IMG/VR virus record: IMGVR_UViG_3300025617_000909
Span: 347-64,346 of that record
Length of the DNA: 64,000 nt
Direction: 5' to 3' (one strand)
Source: a virus
Lineage: Duplodnaviria; Caudoviricetes
Shown here: positions 1-10,400 of the stretch, piece by piece
How the letters are laid out: each line of letters opens with the position of its first letter
How positions within the stretch are numbered: position 1 is the first letter of the stretch
Notes under the pieces: model-generated
Told to the model about the DNA's origin: nothing
The model's database searches: none
Seen by the model: only the letters and a program-made list of their open reading frames with translations
Made by a program: the position numbers and the translations under genes

Positions 1-438
1 AATAATTCCAATCAATCCAACAAATAAGAATCCGCCCAGGCCAGACAGATCTCGCTTAGTGGTGTAACCCACAAGGCTTGCTCCAGCAAAAGTTGCCGCA
101 GTAATAAAGAAAACTTGCGTAATGCTTGCGGCTGTGTATACGGCAAAAATTGTGCTTAGACTAACACCCAATACTGCCGCAAAAATATAATAAAAAGTTC
201 GAATGGATTCAAAACTCCAATTTTGACTTGCGAAACTGTAGTAAAGAATCATCCCCAGGGGTGCGAAAACAAACAACCACATCATGGATCCCATGGCGAA
301 CATCAATCCCGATGCGTATGTTAGGTATGCTACGACACCACTGATAACCAAACCAATTGCTGTTTGGTTATAAATTGCCAACATAAATTGGCGTAAATAT
401 TCATCATACTGTGTACGTGTTTGTGTAATTGCACTCAT
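1..438 (-). CDS. Bax inhibitor-1/YccA family membrane protein (runs off the window edge)
   Basis: Manual translation from ATG at 438: MSAITQTRTQYDEYLRQFMLAIYNQTAIGL...ITQVFFITAATFAGASLVGYTTKRDLSGLGGFL. It has multiple TM helices and the BI-1 'GYTTKRDLS' motif. Not in the ORF track because it is truncated. Confidence 0.85.
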   Translation of the reverse strand, partial: MSAITQTRTQYDEYLRQFMLAIYNQTAIGLVISGVVAYLTYASGLMFAMGSMMWLFVFAPLGMILYYSFASQNWSFESIRTFYYIFAAVLGVSLSTIFAVYTAASITQVFFITAATFAGASLVGYTTKRDLSGLGGFLFVGLIGII

Positions 439-439
439 A

Positions 440-799
440 TTAATCTCCTATAAACTGTGAAAGTTCTGGAGCCTTCCATCCTTCTGGCTTCAGTACCTTG
501 CCGTCTTCACGTTTAATAACTTTGCCCGTTTCTGGATTGATCTTAGCAAAGTTTGTATTCATTACTTCTTTCCATGCCGCTTCACCATCCCAGCCTGCGG
601 CACGAATAGCACCCATAGTAACAACAAGAATATCAACAAGTGCGTCTAGTTGTTCTACTTTATCGTTGTCTAGGATAGCTTCTTCTAGCTCGTCTGTTTC
701 CTCACGGATTAGATCGAGATACATTTTGTAGTTTGCTTCACTAGGCTCTTGATCACACGCTGTATGAAACGTGTCGATATCTTTAAACGGATTTGTCAT
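440..799 (-). CDS. MazG-like nucleoside-triphosphate pyrophosphohydrolase
   Basis: LIREETDELEEA...DALVDILVV acidic helical motif and C-terminal REDGKVLKPEGW. Confidence 0.8.
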   Translation of the reverse strand: MTNPFKDIDTFHTACDQEPSEANYKMYLDLIREETDELEEAILDNDKVEQLDALVDILVVTMGAIRAAGWDGEAAWKEVMNTNFAKINPETGKVIKREDGKVLKPEGWKAPELSQFIGD

Positions 800-1200
800 T
801 ATCTTGCTCCAAACTCTTCTGGACGAATCTCTGCTGGACCGTCACTAAACTCTTTACCGATATAAGTTGTGTTAGGTTTTTCATCAGAAATACAAAGCAT
901 TGCTTTTGTTTCGACCATTCTGATAATAGTTTTTACTTCTTCGCCGTCTGCTTCATCGATAAGTTCTATGCCACGTGTCCACCGCCCGTGTTCTACCAAA
1001 ACCCATTGACCTACTTCTACATCTTTTTGTTCTGGTCCGACAGCAAATACTTTACCCCAACGTGGTTTTACACCATGTGCTTTACCGTCATCGGAAGTAA
1101 TGATAAGACCACTTTTTGTTTTCATCTCACCAAATTCCATGTCTGATACAAGAACATTGTCTCTAATTGGTCTAATGTTTACGTTTTTTAGGGTAGGCAT
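799..1200 (-). CDS. groES: Co-chaperonin GroES (Cpn10)
   Basis: IRPIRDNVLV...KTKSGLII...GKVFAVGP...VEVGQWVL signature. Confidence 0.85.
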   Translation of the reverse strand: MPTLKNVNIRPIRDNVLVSDMEFGEMKTKSGLIITSDDGKAHGVKPRWGKVFAVGPEQKDVEVGQWVLVEHGRWTRGIELIDEADGEEVKTIIRMVETKAMLCISDEKPNTTYIGKEFSDGPAEIRPEEFGAR

Positions 1201-1202
1201 TT

Positions 1203-1442
1203 TTACTCCTCTGTATCGGTATTAACCATTTTATTGTCTGGTTCAACTGAGTTTTTATTTCTCTTGGTGTAAAAATCTTTCATGATTTCTTCACGGGTTT
1301 TAATAATTTGTCCACCAGGTCCTAATTGATCTCCTCGGGCATTCACTTTAGCATTGCCTACAGCAGGAGTCATTTCATTTGCTAACTGAAGTTTCTCCAT
1401 ATCAATTTCTTTACCTTGCATAGTTCTAACGGTCTTTGCCAT
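1203..1442 (-). CDS. Hypothetical phage protein
   Basis: Tightly packed in the operon, AGGAG SD upstream. Confidence 0.7.
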   Translation of the reverse strand: MAKTVRTMQGKEIDMEKLQLANEMTPAVGNAKVNARGDQLGPGGQIIKTREEIMKDFYTKRNKNSVEPDNKMVNTDTEE

Positions 1443-1443
1443 A

Positions 1444-1920
1444 TTATTCTCCTTTAAAGAATTCGTTTATTGGTAGCTCATATTTAATACTGTTTACTTT
1501 ATGTATCCCAATGAGGTATAGGCAATAGCAAGAAACGGAACTACCTCTGCCAACTCCCCAAACTACATTTTGACTACGAAGTGTATCAACGATGTATTTC
1601 ATTACAGACAAGACATCATAAAGATTGTGTTTTTTAAAAAGCTCAATCTCTTGTGTAACACGTTCAAGTTCTTGATCAGTAGCACATTGCTCAATCAACC
1701 ACTTTTCCATGTCCATATTTTTGTATTCATTAGGAATAAACCAATCTCTAGAAGTTGGTAGATCTACCATTGGCATGGGATAGTTAAGGTGTTCTTGAAC
1801 ACAACGATCCACATACTTTTGTATGTTTTCGCTGATACTGTCAGTATACGCTGTTTCCAGAATATCTGGACCGTGCGTTAAGATACCTTCTATTAAATCT
1901 TTGTCTTTATTTGTCAACAT
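1444..1920 (-). CDS. Small protein similar to a DNA polymerase III alpha (DnaE) palm segment
   Basis: VVWGVGRGSSVSCYCLYLIGIHKVNSIKYELPINEF matches DnaE GPGRGS...LGITxVDPxKYxLxFERF; only 158 aa. Confidence 0.7.
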   Translation of the reverse strand: MLTNKDKDLIEGILTHGPDILETAYTDSISENIQKYVDRCVQEHLNYPMPMVDLPTSRDWFIPNEYKNMDMEKWLIEQCATDQELERVTQEIELFKKHNLYDVLSVMKYIVDTLRSQNVVWGVGRGSSVSCYCLYLIGIHKVNSIKYELPINEFFKGE

Positions 1921-2155
1921 TAACTAATTGATCCAAGTCGCCTTTTTCCAATTCCTGAGATGAATTCATCATTGTTCTTCTATAACGATTACTCATTTCT
2001 TCTCTGTATATTGTAACAAAAGTTTGTACTTGTGTCAATAGTTCTTGATTGCCAATTCGTTGAGCTACTACCATTTTTTTGGTTAACTCATTGAGCTTTT
2101 CTTCAATTTCGTTATCCTTTAAATTGGATAGATTTTCTTGAAGAGGATGTATCAT
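1907..2155 (-). CDS. Hypothetical coiled-coil protein
   Basis: Overlaps both neighbours in operon fashion. Confidence 0.65.
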   Translation of the reverse strand: MIHPLQENLSNLKDNEIEEKLNELTKKMVVAQRIGNQELLTQVQTFVTIYREEMSNRYRRTMMNSSQELEKGDLDQLVNVDK

Positions 2156-2760
2156 ACAGAATATGACCCTTCATATTTTAGTAAGATTGTTGCTGGAAGA
2201 GGAAACGCTGTTCCGTCTTGTCTTTGTCTAAACTTTACTTTGATAATATGGATTGTATCTGTTTGCTGTACAGTTAGTGGTGATGGAAAGTTTGATTCAT
2301 ATAGCAAAGCATAATCGCCATCGGTGGAGAATGAAACAGTTCTTTGTGTACCGTCGCCTCTTAATTCGATTTCGAATTCTTGTAGGTTACCACCGTCTGG
2401 AAAATACGTTTCATTAAAACTAAAAGTTACGTTATTTTGTAATTGGAAAACTTGATAGTCTCCATTACGATAATCTAATTCAACAGTTGCTTGAGTTACG
2501 CCGCCTCCGTTAACAATTAGTCGACTGTTTTCTTTGAATACAGCATTACTAACAATTTGTCCATTAAAGTCGCCGCCATCTGTTACAGCACTAACTTTTA
2601 GACCTGCTGTATTAGTTTGAAGGGCTGTGATTTCACTAGCCGCTGTTACTAAACCGGTTTTGATATAGTTAAAATTGTCTCTAAAACCTTGTGTATCATT
2701 ATCCTGTCCTGCGATAGGATATGTTTCATCAATTGGTGTTGCGTTTATATTACTTGCCAT
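2152..2760 (-). CDS. Putative virion structural protein
   Basis: N-terminal YPIAGQDNDTQGFRDNF motif; lies in the structural operon. Confidence 0.6.
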   Translation of the reverse strand: MASNINATPIDETYPIAGQDNDTQGFRDNFNYIKTGLVTAASEITALQTNTAGLKVSAVTDGGDFNGQIVSNAVFKENSRLIVNGGGVTQATVELDYRNGDYQVFQLQNNVTFSFNETYFPDGGNLQEFEIELRGDGTQRTVSFSTDGDYALLYESNFPSPLTVQQTDTIHIIKVKFRQRQDGTAFPLPATILLKYEGSYSV

Positions 2761-5324
2761 TATACTTTTTCTCCACGTTGCGGAAATGCTAGGTATTTAT
2801 CGCCAGCAACTCCGTCTATATTATCAATGTGATATCTATCTACTACAAAGTCAATGGTTTTAAAATCAAATCCACTGTTTTTTATATTTAATATAATATC
2901 ATCAGCTTGCCCAGGTTTACAGTAACATATTGGCATAGCACTAACGAAACCTGGCTCTACAAAGTTATTTTCTTGAATACTACGCATCCAAAGAGGAAGG
3001 AATGTTCTGTCTCTTACTCCAATATCTTTAATCCTAGATCTCATATTTTTAATACTATTAGGCCAAATTCTCTGATGATCTCTATCGCTTACTAATGGTA
3101 TATTGCTATCAACATTAATTTTATCATAACTTACTAAGACAGGTGAATTAATCTTTTCTGGTAAATTAATTAGTTTGCTAATAGACTTTCCATTCTTTTC
3201 TAAACTGTCTACAATATTAACATAAACAACTTCATACTCTACTTCTTGTGTCGTAGTATTCTTTGCCAACGCTTTATTTACACTACCAAATTTTAATCTT
3301 TTATTGTAGTGATTTTGAGTCATAGCATTAACAAATGTATAAGCATCTTTTGATTCTATGCCTGCGAACATTAACATTTTAAGTTCGTTCTGTACTCCGA
3401 ACAACGGATCACCGTAGCGATATATTTTTGCTGGAGGAAATATATCTATATCGTTGATAAAGTTATTGTATTTTACACGTTTACTTTGTTTTTGTAATAC
3501 CTTAAACGATAAGTTACTATAACTGATGTCAGCTGCACTGTCAACTCTAATTTGGAAAGTTTTAGAACTTTCGGTGTAATTAAAGATATCTCTAGCCGCA
3601 ATAACGAATGTATATACTCTGTCAAATGTAGTTAGATTGCTATCGTAAGTTGTACTGCTGTAATCCAGAGCACTGCTACCATCGTTGTTGTAAAACCTTG
3701 TAATACCATCTAAACTACTAGTACCAATTTGATTTACCTTGCCAACAATTTCACCGCTTGTTAAAAGTGTTAGACCTGGAGGAAGTTCTCCTTGCTGAAG
3801 AATGAATACTGTAGTACCGCCTCTTAATTTGCTAACAGCATCAACATAAAGGTTACTGCTAATGTTCGGTGTAATGCTACCGAGGAAAATATCGCTAATC
3901 CATTCAATGCCACTTTCGATTTCGCCAATAATTTTAATGGTAAATGTTCTAGGTGTAGATGCTTTTACTTCGCCGTTGTATAATGCTTTGGCAGTTACCG
4001 TAAATTTATATTCTTCTGTAATTCTTGGTTGATATGGTATCTGTCCAAACACTTCGCCGTTAATAGTATCCACAGTCATACCAGGAGGCAATTCGCTAGT
4101 ATTACCAATAACTACTTCTACGTCTTTACTAATCTTTTCAACTAGTTGTGGATCTAAATGAATTCTAAATTGTCTTTTCGCTTCGTTAAGAGTTTCAACA
4201 TTATTAATGGTGTATGTGCCTAGTGTACTATCAACAAAATCATATACATCTCTAATAGCAAGTTTTTGATTTCTTACTGGAAAACTCCAATTGCCTTTAG
4301 CATCTGGAATAATTTCAATATCTAAGAATGTTCTATCAACTAAACTAATTGCGATAGTCTTTGCGTAAATTTCTGGATTTACAGTTTCAAATTGGTATGT
4401 GATTAATCCTTCAAGTGTAGGCGGATCGTATACGTCTAAGAACAAAGTAACATAATTGTTTGCTCTTTTAATACCTAAATCAGGATCAGTTATCCAAACA
4501 GGATTTCTATAATGAGTATTATCAGCACGGAATATACCAGTACCAACTTGCATTATTGTGTTGTCGGATTTTAAGAAAGTTTCGCTAACAACATATATTT
4601 GAAACGTTCTACGGATTTCGTGTATACCGTCAGAAGCGGCAATAGTAAATTGATAGTATCTCGTTAATCTTTTTGGAAAATTAGTTTCTTCAAAAAAGTC
4701 AAATGTTTCTGAGTCAAAATCAAATGTATCAAATCCGTTAGAAGGACGAATACCTAAGTCATATGGGTCAGTATCGTACAGGTTTAGATCAAAATTACCA
4801 CTGTATATTTTATACTCTAAACTAAAGATAGGATCAGTGAAGCCACTGATTCTTCCTGTCTTGGATAGTGATAATCCTGGAGGAAGTTGACCTCCGTTGA
4901 ATGGAATATAATATTCAATTGTGTCGCCTGCTGGAATATCTGGATCAAGCACTTGTAGCTGAAAATCAACTTTGTCATTATCTAAAACAAAGTATGTGTC
5001 GTTAGGACCAACTGGTAACAAGCCTTCTGGAGTAACCCAAGTTGGTTCGTCAGCACCGACTACAGTTATACTGAATGTTCTATCAGCAACGTCATTTGCG
5101 TCTGTGGCTCTAATTACAAATTTACTAGTTGTTTCTTTTGCAACTTCTAGAGGAGTACCTACTATATTCGAACCTTCGATTCTTAAGCCTCTTGGAATAC
5201 TGCCGGCAATTAATTCTAGATCGTAAGTTCCTGTATCAGAACTAACATCTAAAAGTATTTGCTGTTTTTCACGTTCGTTTATTGTTCCTAGCGAACCTGA
5301 AGATAAATTCCAAGTTAATGCCAT
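2760..5324 (-). CDS. Putative baseplate-associated protein with repeated Ig-like (LPPGL) domains
   Basis: Repeated GxLPPGLxL...G.I.G units; structural context. Confidence 0.6.
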   Translation of the reverse strand: MALTWNLSSGSLGTINEREKQQILLDVSSDTGTYDLELIAGSIPRGLRIEGSNIVGTPLEVAKETTSKFVIRATDANDVADRTFSITVVGADEPTWVTPEGLLPVGPNDTYFVLDNDKVDFQLQVLDPDIPAGDTIEYYIPFNGGQLPPGLSLSKTGRISGFTDPIFSLEYKIYSGNFDLNLYDTDPYDLGIRPSNGFDTFDFDSETFDFFEETNFPKRLTRYYQFTIAASDGIHEIRRTFQIYVVSETFLKSDNTIMQVGTGIFRADNTHYRNPVWITDPDLGIKRANNYVTLFLDVYDPPTLEGLITYQFETVNPEIYAKTIAISLVDRTFLDIEIIPDAKGNWSFPVRNQKLAIRDVYDFVDSTLGTYTINNVETLNEAKRQFRIHLDPQLVEKISKDVEVVIGNTSELPPGMTVDTINGEVFGQIPYQPRITEEYKFTVTAKALYNGEVKASTPRTFTIKIIGEIESGIEWISDIFLGSITPNISSNLYVDAVSKLRGGTTVFILQQGELPPGLTLLTSGEIVGKVNQIGTSSLDGITRFYNNDGSSALDYSSTTYDSNLTTFDRVYTFVIAARDIFNYTESSKTFQIRVDSAADISYSNLSFKVLQKQSKRVKYNNFINDIDIFPPAKIYRYGDPLFGVQNELKMLMFAGIESKDAYTFVNAMTQNHYNKRLKFGSVNKALAKNTTTQEVEYEVVYVNIVDSLEKNGKSISKLINLPEKINSPVLVSYDKINVDSNIPLVSDRDHQRIWPNSIKNMRSRIKDIGVRDRTFLPLWMRSIQENNFVEPGFVSAMPICYCKPGQADDIILNIKNSGFDFKTIDFVVDRYHIDNIDGVAGDKYLAFPQRGEKV

Positions 5325-5335
5325 TAATCAAATCC

Positions 5336-6757
5336 TTACCAAGACACATGAGCCGATCTAGTCCAAATCTCTGTAACACCGTCGTAATCACCTCTACATA
5401 CATAGATGTAACTACCATCAGCAAACATCAAACCGGCTGTATCACCTGGACGTCCAACACCTGTTGCTGGAGCAGAGTCTGTATAAATCGCATTAGGTCT
5501 TGGCGGATTATAAAACGATATTGTGTCTCCGTCAGTTCCGCCCGATGCTGTCCAAGATGTTGTAGTTGTTACAACTCCTGAGCTTACGTTATCGACCACT
5601 AGTTCTGATGTACCAGGTAATCTAACAATAGCACCTGCTTGAATATTTGTATCATTATTAACAGCGAATGTTGTTCTCGAAACACCAGTTTGTACATTAC
5701 CGTTTAATGTTGTTGTGACTGCTGGTCGAGCAACTGCTCCGCCTTTTACGCTAAATCTATCTAACCCAGTACCACCAATTTTCTCAGTTCTCAAGTTTAC
5801 ATTGTCATATTCGCCAATGTAAATTTTGCTTCTGATATGAGCATCTGAGAAACCATTTAGTGAACCGCCTAATTCAATACTGTTATCAGTATTTGGTCTA
5901 ATGTTGTTTTTAATAGTTCCGTCTAAATTAATTGATGATTCAGTTTGATCAACTAGTATAGTTGAATCGTCACCTGAGATTGATCCACGTACATCACCTG
6001 CGAATGTACCAAAGAATAATGTACTACCGCCTGCAGCAGGAGAATCAATTTCTACAACCTTAATGCCGTTGCCGTCATACATATCACCAGTTAAGTCGCC
6101 TGTTACATCGCCTGTAACATTACCAGTAACATTACCAGTTAAGTCGCCTGTAATATCACCTGTAACAGTAGCACCTGTTAAATCGACGTTACCTGTGAAT
6201 ACAGCATTTTGACTTGTTTGAATAGGACCTACAATTCTGCTAGCAATGGCATCGACTAACGGAGTAGAGTCTTCGCCGAATACAGAACCTTTAATGTCAC
6301 CATCTAGAGTACCTGCCAAGTTGTCCGCTGTAACAGATGTGGCCAAAACACTGTTAATATGGGCAACGTTCCATCTTTTTGTAGATGATCCTAAATTATA
6401 ATTGTCTGTTTGATCTGGAAGTAAGTTTGAAGTAAAGTCAGCATTAATAGTAATGCTGTCAGTGTTGGCATCACCAAGTGTTAAATTACCATCTGCTGTA
6501 ATGCTTCCTGTAGCATGAATATTTCCTGTAACATCAATGTTACCAGTTATATCAATATTACCAGTTCCTGTAATATCATTGCTGTTTAGTACAATATCAC
6601 TGATAATTGTGCTACCACTAGCAAGTAATTTTCCGCCTGCTGTTGAGCCGTCTCCGACATACAGAGCTTTTGTATCTGTTGTGTAAATGAGTTCGCCATT
6701 GCCAGGAGTAATCGTTAGTCTCTCAGCGTCGGTTCCTCTTCTAATTCTTAAGGCCAT
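5336..6757 (-). CDS. Tail fibre protein (Mtd_N-like N-terminus)
   Basis: MALRIRRGTDAER...GELIYTTDTKALYVGDG N-terminus; GNVTG/GDLTG repeats. Confidence 0.7.
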   Translation of the reverse strand: MALRIRRGTDAERLTITPGNGELIYTTDTKALYVGDGSTAGGKLLASGSTIISDIVLNSNDITGTGNIDITGNIDVTGNIHATGSITADGNLTLGDANTDSITINADFTSNLLPDQTDNYNLGSSTKRWNVAHINSVLATSVTADNLAGTLDGDIKGSVFGEDSTPLVDAIASRIVGPIQTSQNAVFTGNVDLTGATVTGDITGDLTGNVTGNVTGDVTGDLTGDMYDGNGIKVVEIDSPAAGGSTLFFGTFAGDVRGSISGDDSTILVDQTESSINLDGTIKNNIRPNTDNSIELGGSLNGFSDAHIRSKIYIGEYDNVNLRTEKIGGTGLDRFSVKGGAVARPAVTTTLNGNVQTGVSRTTFAVNNDTNIQAGAIVRLPGTSELVVDNVSSGVVTTTTSWTASGGTDGDTISFYNPPRPNAIYTDSAPATGVGRPGDTAGLMFADGSYIYVCRGDYDGVTEIWTRSAHVSW

Positions 6758-6778
6758 TTGTTTTTTATCTCCGTTTGT

Positions 6779-7459
6779 TTATACTATACTTCCAAGGTCG
6801 ACTTCGTTTTCAGATGGTGCTAGTACTGTTCCGAAATCGTAATCAGCGATCTGATAAAGTCCTTGTATGGCATTGTTTGTTTGGACTACAACACCCCCAA
6901 AGTCTTGTACAAATAATGCGTCAGTAATACTGGTTTGCGAGAACCCACCGTATGAACCAATGAAGTTACTAGCAGTAACATTACCTGTAATATTAATATT
7001 GCCTGATCCTGTAATGCTATATCCGTTTAAGTTTAACGGACCATTTAATTGAGCATTTACAATGTCAGCATCAATAGTAATTGTGTTTCCAGAGTTTTCA
7101 ACTCTTACATTGCTTCCGCCTAATATCTGTACTGTGTCTGTTGTGCTGGCCGCATTTACTGTTCCTGTGTCTGTTACAATAGTATTGAACAGATTTTGCA
7201 AGCTAGTACTGATATTAATATCTGTTGCGTTTTGTGTGACAGTAATATTATCGCCGCCAACTAATTTTCTAAACTGTAATTTAAACGCATCTTTTTGTAC
7301 AAATACATCAGCATCTCCAGTTCCAACGTTTTCGCCTGTGACTGCGAGCTCGTTATTGAGAGATGTAAAGTTTTCGTTTACTTTTTGAAATGCCGTGCGA
7401 AGATCATCGCCTGTGCCGTCATTTACTAAGTTCCCGATATTGATTTGTTGTATTGCCAT
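6779..7459 (-). CDS. Baseplate/tail-fibre connector with T4 gp9/gp10-like N-terminus
   Basis: INIGNLVNDGTGDDLRTAFQKVNENF motif. Confidence 0.7.
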   Translation of the reverse strand: MAIQQINIGNLVNDGTGDDLRTAFQKVNENFTSLNNELAVTGENVGTGDADVFVQKDAFKLQFRKLVGGDNITVTQNATDINISTSLQNLFNTIVTDTGTVNAASTTDTVQILGGSNVRVENSGNTITIDADIVNAQLNGPLNLNGYSITGSGNINITGNVTASNFIGSYGGFSQTSITDALFVQDFGGVVVQTNNAIQGLYQIADYDFGTVLAPSENEVDLGSIV

Positions 7460-7484
7460 TCGATGCTCCTACTAACTATTTATC

Positions 7485-10400
7485 CTAACGCCTGATCTGC
7501 GGTCTTGGGTATGTAACACCAGACGACGGTCTTGCTTTAAAATTCCGTTTGGGAAATGTATTTCCTTGTGCTTTTCTTTGTTGAATGTAACGCAACATTA
7601 AATTTGGTGCTCCTAACAGAGCTCCAATATCCTCATAATTTCCAGAATCAGTATCACTTAAAGAATCCTTTTCTGCTAAATTTACAATAAGAGCTCTTGC
7701 TTCTTCGCAAGTCATTTCAGGATAAGTTTCACACAGACAAGCAATAACTCCTGCTACTTGGGGACTAGCCATTGATGTTCCGGAAATCTTAGCCACTCTA
7801 TATGTGCCATTTCTAGGATCAGCGTAAGAACTCGCTGAAGTATAACCACTTTGAATATAAGTGCCCGGCGCCCAAATAGTTACACCCGGTCCTCTATCAC
7901 TATAGGAAGCAGGCGAATCACCTAATGTATCATAATCACCTACTGCTCCAACTACAATAGTTGGTAGATCAAATCCTCCAGTTGCTGTTGTATCGTATCG
8001 TCCTGGCGAGCTACCTCTCATGTAATAGTAAGGAAAATCTACCGAATCAGGATATCTGTTGCCCATTTCAAAAGTATTATCCCAATCTTGATCACCAGGC
8101 AGAGCATGATACCATTGTCCGTTACCTGCTGAACTTACGTTAATAATGCCTTCATCAATAGCATCTTCAATGTCTCCGTCTAGAGCATCTACAGGAACTG
8201 GAATTCTCTTGTTGGCAATAAAACCAAAGTCATTAAGTTCTGCCGTTGTAAAAGGTACAATCGATGTATGGATGTTATTATTCTGTTCAATAGTAACTCT
8301 AAAATCATCTAAGTTACTTTCATCAAACCTTACTTCCCATCGTATTCCCGGTGAACCTAGTGTGCCACTACTTGAAGCATCGCCTTCAAATACAATTCTA
8401 TAATAATCTGTAGTAGTATTTTCTCCTACTATTATCTGGCCGTTCATGCTTGAATGACTGCCGCATTGATAGTAATATGTTCCAGCCGCGGTAGGCGTCC
8501 AGCTAATTACTGTTCCCCCATACCCTCCTTGATTAGTAGCACCCGACACTTGGTTACTTGTTCCGTTGCCTTGAACTGTCTTTATATAAAGAGGATGAGC
8601 AAAGTTTGCGTTATTAGTAAATTGAATAGTATCACCGACAATACAATTAACTGTCGCGGAATCACCACTAACTGCTCCAGATCGGTCAGTACCATTTATT
8701 GCCCATGTTGTGTTACTGTTATTAATAGCAGTAAAACTATATGTGTTAACTGGAGTGCTGTATACTCCTGAAGATTCAGTTCCATAATAAATTCTTTGAC
8801 AACTTGTATCACTACTTGCTCCATTTGTGCTAGCATTACCACTAGCTATCATAATTTTAGGATACGGTATGTTAGAAGCAAAATATATAGGTTCATCAGT
8901 TGATCCCCCACCAAATGTTATATATCCGTTAGTTCCTACATATATTGTAGAGTAAGATTCGCTTAAAAAGTTTACATTAAATGGTAAATTTAAAGTCCAA
9001 TACCCGTCATCGTTAGTACCTGTAGTAGGAGATGTGCTAGCAGTTAAATCACTAACGCTGGCAATGCTGACATTGCTTTGCCCATTCGCAGTACGTGTAG
9101 CAGTTGCTGCCGGAGTAGTATCTTGTGTGACATTTAGAGTAACATCAATTAAACTATCAAAAGTACAATTAGGGTTAGGCTCAATGCTGTAATTGGTAGT
9201 AATAGTTACAGTATAGGTGCCATCTTTGTTTACTGTAAAACTTTCTTCAATTCGAGCATTCACTGAAACACCTGTATATATACCATCTGTGTAAGTTGCT
9301 ACAAGTATATTATCAGGATCTCTAATTTCGACTTTAATATCAAGAGATACTGTATCAGTTGGAGTAGCATATGAAATGTCTTGAATAATATCTACAGTAA
9401 AGTCTCCATATCTTGTACCACCTTGTGGCAGTGTTTGTACACGAACTATGTTAGTGGTTGCAACTTTGCGTGAATCGTTGAGATATGCTCTAGTCCCACC
9501 CGACACCGTCCAGCCAGACCCGCCATCCCAACCTCCTGATGGAAACGGGTTAAGTGTTCCTTCTCTATTGCCGGGGGTTTCAGTTCCTGAAGTTGAACAA
9601 TCAAAACTTACCCAATCAGCCTCGAGACCGTTGCCAGCATTATAGTTAAAGCCAGCTAACGAAGAATCACTAGACGAATCATATATTCCATTAAAACCTT
9701 TAAAACTACTAGCTCCTAGAGTACTTGTGTATCTTGTACCTCTGTATGTAACTGCGGTAATATCACTAAAACTCCATCGGTTTGGAAAAATACTCATACC
9801 CCAACTACTGTTAACTATTGTAGGATTTTTTACTCCTGTATCTGGATTGATATTTTTTTGTTTATGAAATTCTCTCACATAATCGTATACATACGGAAAA
9901 GTAGTGTCGCCAACATCGCCAGCGTAGTAAAACAAGTTATATAGGTTAGCATCTCTTGCCCATCCTTGGGTATTACCACCAACAGTTCCCATAACGTGTA
10001 TAGCATGATAGTTACCGCTGGTATATTGACCGTACACATAATTACTACCTGCTTGGCCTTGTACTACATCATTATATAAAGCATACCAATCAATTAAGTT
10101 AACTCTTGATCCCCCAGTACCATCAGTGTTCACAGCGAACTCTGGATGTCCGACTGCTTGCCCGTCTGAATCCATAATAATACAGTCTACATTTTTTCCG
10201 GTTTCTGTTAAGGTGATGGTTTGTGTGTTATCGCCAGACCACTCTCCTGCATTGCCGCCTTCGACACATCTTAGTAGACCCCAATTCTTATGATTTGAAT
10301 TCTGTGTTCTTGTTCTATTGAAGTTTGCTGTTTGTGACACAGCATGGCTTTCTGGTTGTATTCCCATATCTTTAGGAAGTGGTTGAACTGATCTTACATC

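Noticed and set aside
5336-6757. Diversity-generating retroelement suggested by the Mtd_N-like fibre
   Set aside because: No reverse transcriptase and no TR/VR repeat pair seen in the window
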